Part shown: piece after piece, positions 60,548 to 64,000 of the stretch | How the letters are laid out: the number at the start of each line of letters is the position of its first letter | How positions within the stretch are numbered: position 1 is the first letter of the stretch | Assembly (NCBI GenBank): GCA_946548895.1 | Contig: CAMNQF010000005.1 | Coordinates: 10,595 to 74,594 of the forward strand | Direction: 5' to 3' | Length of the DNA stretch: 64,000 nt | Origin: an uncultured bacterium | GTDB lineage: Bacteria > Bacillota > Clostridia > Oscillospirales > Oscillospiraceae | The notes under the pieces: model-generated | The model's input: only the letters and a program-made list of their open reading frames with translations | Databases searched by the model: none | What the model was told of the DNA's origin: nothing | Translations under genes and position numbers: made by a program

Positions 60548-61690
60548 ATGATACAGAAAACGGCGCGTGACACCACGCGGACCTGGGCGGAGATCAGCCT
60601 GGGGAATTTGGAGCACAACTACCGGGCGCTGCGGGGCTGCGCCCCGGACAGCAAATTTTTGGGCACGGTGAAGGCCAACGGCTACGGCCATGGGGCTGTC
60701 CCCATTGCCCGCCGGTTGGTGGAGCTGGGAACGGATTACCTGGCGGTGGCCTGCCTGGACGAGGGCGCGGCCCTGCGCAGGGCGGGGATCACCGCCCCCA
60801 TCCTGGTGCTGGGGTATACCGCGCCGGGGCTGGCCGGCGAGGCGGTGGACCTGGACCTGACCCTGGGGGTGTTCACCCCGGAGCTGGCGCGGGCCCTGTC
60901 CGAGGCCGCCGGGGCGGCGGGGAAGCGGGCGAAGGTCCACCTCAAGGTGGACACCGGCATGAGCCGCCTGGGTGTGCTGGACCACGACCCGGCCGCCGCC
61001 GCCAGGGAGGTTGCCGCCCTGTGCGCTCTGCCCCACCTGGAGCCGGAGGGTATTTTTACCCACTTTGCCAACGCCGACGGGGACGAGGAGTATACCATGC
61101 TCCAGTTTACCCGGTTTCTGGACGTGCTGGACGGGCTGAAGGAAAAATACGGCAGGACTTTTGCGATCCGCCATTGCGCCGCCAGCGCCGCCGTGTTAAA
61201 CTACCCCTGTATGCACATGGACATGGTCCGCCCCGGCATCGCGCTGTACGGCCATTACCCCGATCCCTCCTGCGAGGGGCTGGACGGCCCCGGCCTCAAG
61301 CCGGTGATGTCGCTGTACAGCCGGGTGGCGGCGGTGCGGGACTTCCCGGCGGATACCCCGGTGGGCTACGGCTGCACCGCCCGGTTCGGACCGGAGGGCG
61401 GGCGGACGGCGGTGCTGCCCATCGGGTATGCCGACGGCCTGCACCGGGTGCTGTCCAATGAGAGCGGCGTGTGGCTGGACGGACGGCGCCGCCCCATTAT
61501 GGGCCGGGTGTGCATGGATATGTGTATGATCGGCCTGGATTCCGGGGCCAGCGTCCGCCCCGGCGACGTGGCGGAGGTGTTCGGCCCCCATCTGCCGGTG
61601 GAGCGCCAGGCGGACGCGGCGGGCACCATCTCCTATGAGCTGCTGTGCGCCGTCGCCCCCAGAGTACCCAGAGTGTACCTTGACGCATAG
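60548..61690 (+). CDS. alr: alanine racemase
   Basis: WAEISLGNLEHNYRAL...VKANGYGHG contains the PLP lysine. It ends in SYELLCAVAPRVPRVY. Confidence 0.95.
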   Translation: MIQKTARDTTRTWAEISLGNLEHNYRALRGCAPDSKFLGTVKANGYGHGAVPIARRLVELGTDYLAVACLDEGAALRRAGITAPILVLGYTAPGLAGEAVDLDLTLGVFTPELARALSEAAGAAGKRAKVHLKVDTGMSRLGVLDHDPAAAAREVAALCALPHLEPEGIFTHFANADGDEEYTMLQFTRFLDVLDGLKEKYGRTFAIRHCAASAAVLNYPCMHMDMVRPGIALYGHYPDPSCEGLDGPGLKPVMSLYSRVAAVRDFPADTPVGYGCTARFGPEGGRTAVLPIGYADGLHRVLSNESGVWLDGRRRPIMGRVCMDMCMIGLDSGASVRPGDVAEVFGPHLPVERQADAAGTISYELLCAVAPRVPRVYLDA

Positions 61691-61704
61691 GATGTTCAGG
61701 GAAC

Positions 61705-61746
61705 CCGCCGGGCGTGAAAACCCGGCGGCGAGCCGCGGCGGTTTTT
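61705..61746 (+). terminator. possible terminator after alr
   Basis: CCGCCGGG (61705-61712) pairs with CCCGGCGG (61721-61728). GC-rich sequence follows and a TTTTT tract comes only at 61742-61746, so the geometry is atypical. Confidence 0.35.
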
Positions 61747-61848
61747 CCCTGCCGCAACGGTATAAAAGCCGCCGCCCCGTGGGAGAATGATAGTACCCGG
61801 GCTACATAAGCGTAGACGGGCACTATATCCGGCGGAGTGTGAGATCCT

Positions 61849-62214
61849 GTGGACAACAGCGTCAAACGCGGCGACATTTTTTACGCGGACTTAAGCCCGG
61901 TGGTGGGCAGTGAGCAGGGCGGCGTCCGCCCGGTGCTCATCGTCCAGAACGACACCGGCAATAAGCACAGCCCCACGGTGATCGCGGCGGCGATCACCTC
62001 CCAGACGGGGAAGGCCCGTCTGCCCACCCATATCACCCTGGCCTCCCACAGCTGCGGCCTGCCCAAGGACTCGGTGGTCCTGCTGGAGCAGATCCGCACC
62101 CTGGACAAGAAACGGCTCCGGGAGCACATGGGCCGGGTGGACGACCAAGTAATGCGGCGGGTGGACAGCGCCATCGCCGTCAGCTTCGGCCTCAGCCCCG
62201 AGCGGCTCGTCTGA
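61849..62214 (+). CDS. mazF: MazF/PemK/EndoA-family mRNA interferase toxin
   Basis: 121 aa with a GTG start. [34 protein letters not shown]...[11 protein letters not shown] is highly similar in pattern to Bacillus EndoA/NdoA. Confidence 0.92.
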   Translation: MDNSVKRGDIFYADLSPVVGSEQGGVRPVLIVQNDTGNKHSPTVIAAAITSQTGKARLPTHITLASHSCGLPKDSVVLLEQIRTLDKKRLREHMGRVDDQVMRRVDSAIAVSFGLSPERLV

Positions 62215-62320
62215 CGGGGCCCCCGCAAAAGCGCCCTTCAGCTTTTGTGGGGAGAGGAGGGGCAACGGAGCGCATGGAGCTTTCGGCGAAGCCGGAAGCG
62301 GAAGGAGCGCAGTTTGCCCC

Positions 62321-62389
62321 GACGAGATGCGGCGGGTGGACAGCGCCATTGCCGTCAGCTTCGGCCTGAGCCCCGAGAGACTCGTTTAA
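62321..62389 (+). repeat. duplicated copy of the mazF 3' end (22 codons plus stop)
   Basis: The copy translates [22 protein letters not shown]-stop (62321-62389). The original is [23 protein letters not shown]-stop (62143-62214). The nucleotide match starts at ATGCGGCGGGTGGACAGCGCC, 174 nt apart. The downstream hairpin region is also duplicated. Confidence 0.85.
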
Positions 62390-62506
62390 TACCTCCGCGA
62401 AAGCGCCCCGAATGGGGTCCCCACAAAGCCTCTTTGGCTTTGTGGGGAGGGGAGGAGCGGCGGACGGGGGACGGGCCCCGGTTATATAGCCTTGGAGGGA
62501 CTACAT

Positions 62507-63022
62507 ATGAAAAAATGGAAGATTGCCGCGGCGGCCCTGTGCGTCTGCTTTCTGTTCACTGCCGCTTACGCCGCCAACGCGGGCGCGGGCGGGCAGAACG
62601 ACCCGCTGATTACGTTAAGCTACCTGAACGGGACCTATACCCAGCAGGTCAAGACGATGGTGGACCAGACCGTCACCGCCCGCAAGGCGGAGATGGAGCA
62701 GTCCCTGCGGGATATTCTGGCAGGGCAGGGGGGGAGCGCCGCCGTCCCCGGTGGGAGCGGCGTGTTCACCGTGGTGACCCTGGCCCAGGGGCAGTCCCTG
62801 GTGGGGGATGTGGGCTGTGAGGTCATGCTGCGGATCGGCTCCGCCGTGTGCGCCTCCCCGGACAGCGTGGGCCTGATCGACACCACCTCCGGCTCGGTGC
62901 TGGGCAGCGGCCAGGCGCTGGAGGCCAACCACCTCTACATGGTGACAATCAGCGGCCGGTCGATGACGGCCAACGCCCCCACGGTTAAGGTGCTGGCCCG
63001 TGGGCCCTATTCCATTCGGTAG
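62507..63022 (+). CDS. secreted hypothetical protein
   Basis: MKKWKIAAAALCVCFLFTAAYAANA is a signal peptide. GGAGGGA SD. I recognise no family. Confidence 0.65.
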   Translation: MKKWKIAAAALCVCFLFTAAYAANAGAGGQNDPLITLSYLNGTYTQQVKTMVDQTVTARKAEMEQSLRDILAGQGGSAAVPGGSGVFTVVTLAQGQSLVGDVGCEVMLRIGSAVCASPDSVGLIDTTSGSVLGSGQALEANHLYMVTISGRSMTANAPTVKVLARGPYSIR

Positions 63023-63086
63023 CCATCTCGAATAAATGGCCCCGCAGGGGCGCGGCGCGGCGAAGGGGCCCAAACGAAAACAGGGA

Positions 63087-63121
63087 AAGGGCAGAGAAGC
63101 GGATAGCTTCTCTGCCCTTTT
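63087..63121. terminator. bidirectional intrinsic terminator
   Basis: AAGGGCAGAGAAGC pairs with GCTTCTCTGCCCTT and is followed by TTT. It lies between convergent genes. Confidence 0.75.
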
Positions 63122-63178
63122 GCGGGTGATGCCAAAGGTTGAATGGCGCGGCGGCCGGCCGCACAGGGGGGCGTTTCC

Positions 63179-64000
63179 TCACCGCAGAAACAGGCGGAGC
63201 AGCCGCTCATACAGCCCCTTCTGATAGGGCTGGTAACGCACGGGCAGGTCCATCCAGGTTTTTTTATCCACGATGCTCTTGCTGTGGGAGAAGGCCCGGA
63301 AACCCTCCCGGCCGTGGTAAGCCCCCATGCCGCTCTCGCCCACGCCGCCGAATCCCATCTCGCTGGTGGCCAGGTGGATGACCACGTCGTTGACGCAGCC
63401 GCCGCCAAAGCGGAACCGGGCCATGGCCTCCCGGATACGGGGCCGGTTTTCGGAGAACAGGTAGAGCGCCAGGGGCTTGGGCCGGTCCGCCAGGAGGCCG
63501 TACAGGTCTTCAAAGCGGTCGAAGGTGAGCACAGGCAGGATGGGGCCGAAAATCTCCTCCCCCATCACAGGGTCGGCGCCGGTCACGCCGTCCAGGATGG
63601 TGGGGGCGATCTGGAGGGTTTCCTCGGACCACCGCCCGCCAAAGACCGTTTTCTCCCGGTCCAGCAGGCCCAGCAGCCTCCGAAAATGCTTTTCGTTGAC
63701 AATGCGGCCATAGTCTGGATTTTGCAGGGGGTCCTCCCCATACTGCCGCCGGACCTCCCGGCACAGCGCCTCCACCAGCCGGTCCTTCACGGCGCTGTGG
63801 CACAGGATGTAGTCCGGGGCCACGCAGGTCTGGCCGCAGTTGAGGTACTTGCCAAAGGCGATCCGCCGGGCCGCCAGGGGAATTTTTGCGGTTTCGTCCA
63901 CGATGCAGGGGCTCTTTCCCCCCAGTTCCAGCACCGCCGGGGTGAGGTGCTCCGCCGCCCGGCGCAGCACCTCCTTCCCCACCTCCTGGCTGCCGGTGAA
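63179..64000 (-). CDS. aldehyde dehydrogenase family protein, C-terminal part (gene continues past window end)
   Basis: The frame is open to the window edge. FTGSQEVGKEVLRRAA, LELGGKSPCIV (Glu) and FGKYLNCGQTCVAPDY (catalytic Cys) are all present, in an ALDH3-like arrangement. Confidence 0.9.
   Translation of the reverse strand, partial: FTGSQEVGKEVLRRAAEHLTPAVLELGGKSPCIVDETAKIPLAARRIAFGKYLNCGQTCVAPDYILCHSAVKDRLVEALCREVRRQYGEDPLQNPDYGRIVNEKHFRRLLGLLDREKTVFGGRWSEETLQIAPTILDGVTGADPVMGEEIFGPILPVLTFDRFEDLYGLLADRPKPLALYLFSENRPRIREAMARFRFGGGCVNDVVIHLATSEMGFGGVGESGMGAYHGREGFRAFSHSKSIVDKKTWMDLPVRYQPYQKGLYERLLRLFLR

Overview
GC-rich chromosomal segment from a spore-forming Firmicute. Gene content and composition suggest Clostridia, probably Oscillospiraceae-like, but that taxonomic call is inference. 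I support about 60 protein-coding genes, and most long antisense ORFs in the track are GC-driven shadows.

Core and housekeeping content:
- a Phe T-box leader followed by ybjQ-pheS-pheT
- glyA, rarA, hisC, nth, nnr
- a ydcC-like gene, alr and mazF in the conserved Firmicute order
- the sporulation genes spoIIP and spoIIGA-sigE-sigG

Accessory content:
1. An RNA-repair island. A pair of overlapping WYL regulators faces a tRNA-shaped (YrlA/Y-RNA-like) element, a DUF2828 vWA protein and RtcB. I consider this the most interesting locus.
2. A LysR-controlled cassette encoding an acyl-CoA dehydrogenase, a family III CoA-transferase, an acyl-CoA ligase, a desulforedoxin-like Cys-rich protein, an MFS transporter and a second acyl-CoA dehydrogenase. 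The substrate is unknown.
3. A permuted GH3 glycosidase and lipoproteins, with two paralogous secreted esterases flanking a LytTR two-component system.
4. Two MATE exporters, each behind a terminator-containing leader. One is fused to a cytidylate-kinase-like domain.
5. Two low-GC patches of gene remnants: a methylase tail, a MobC fragment and a phosphatase fragment in one, and head-to-head 5'-truncated kinase and GH3 copies plus an SLH-like remnant in the other.

Other oddities:
- an in-frame TAA inside a solute-binding protein gene
- a 254-nt highly self-complementary pheS-pheT spacer
- 2.3 copies of an 86-bp tandem repeat in a divergent promoter region
- MazF without MazE, with a duplicated mazF 3' end

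All calls come from reading the sequence and the ORF track. No database search or folding program was run.
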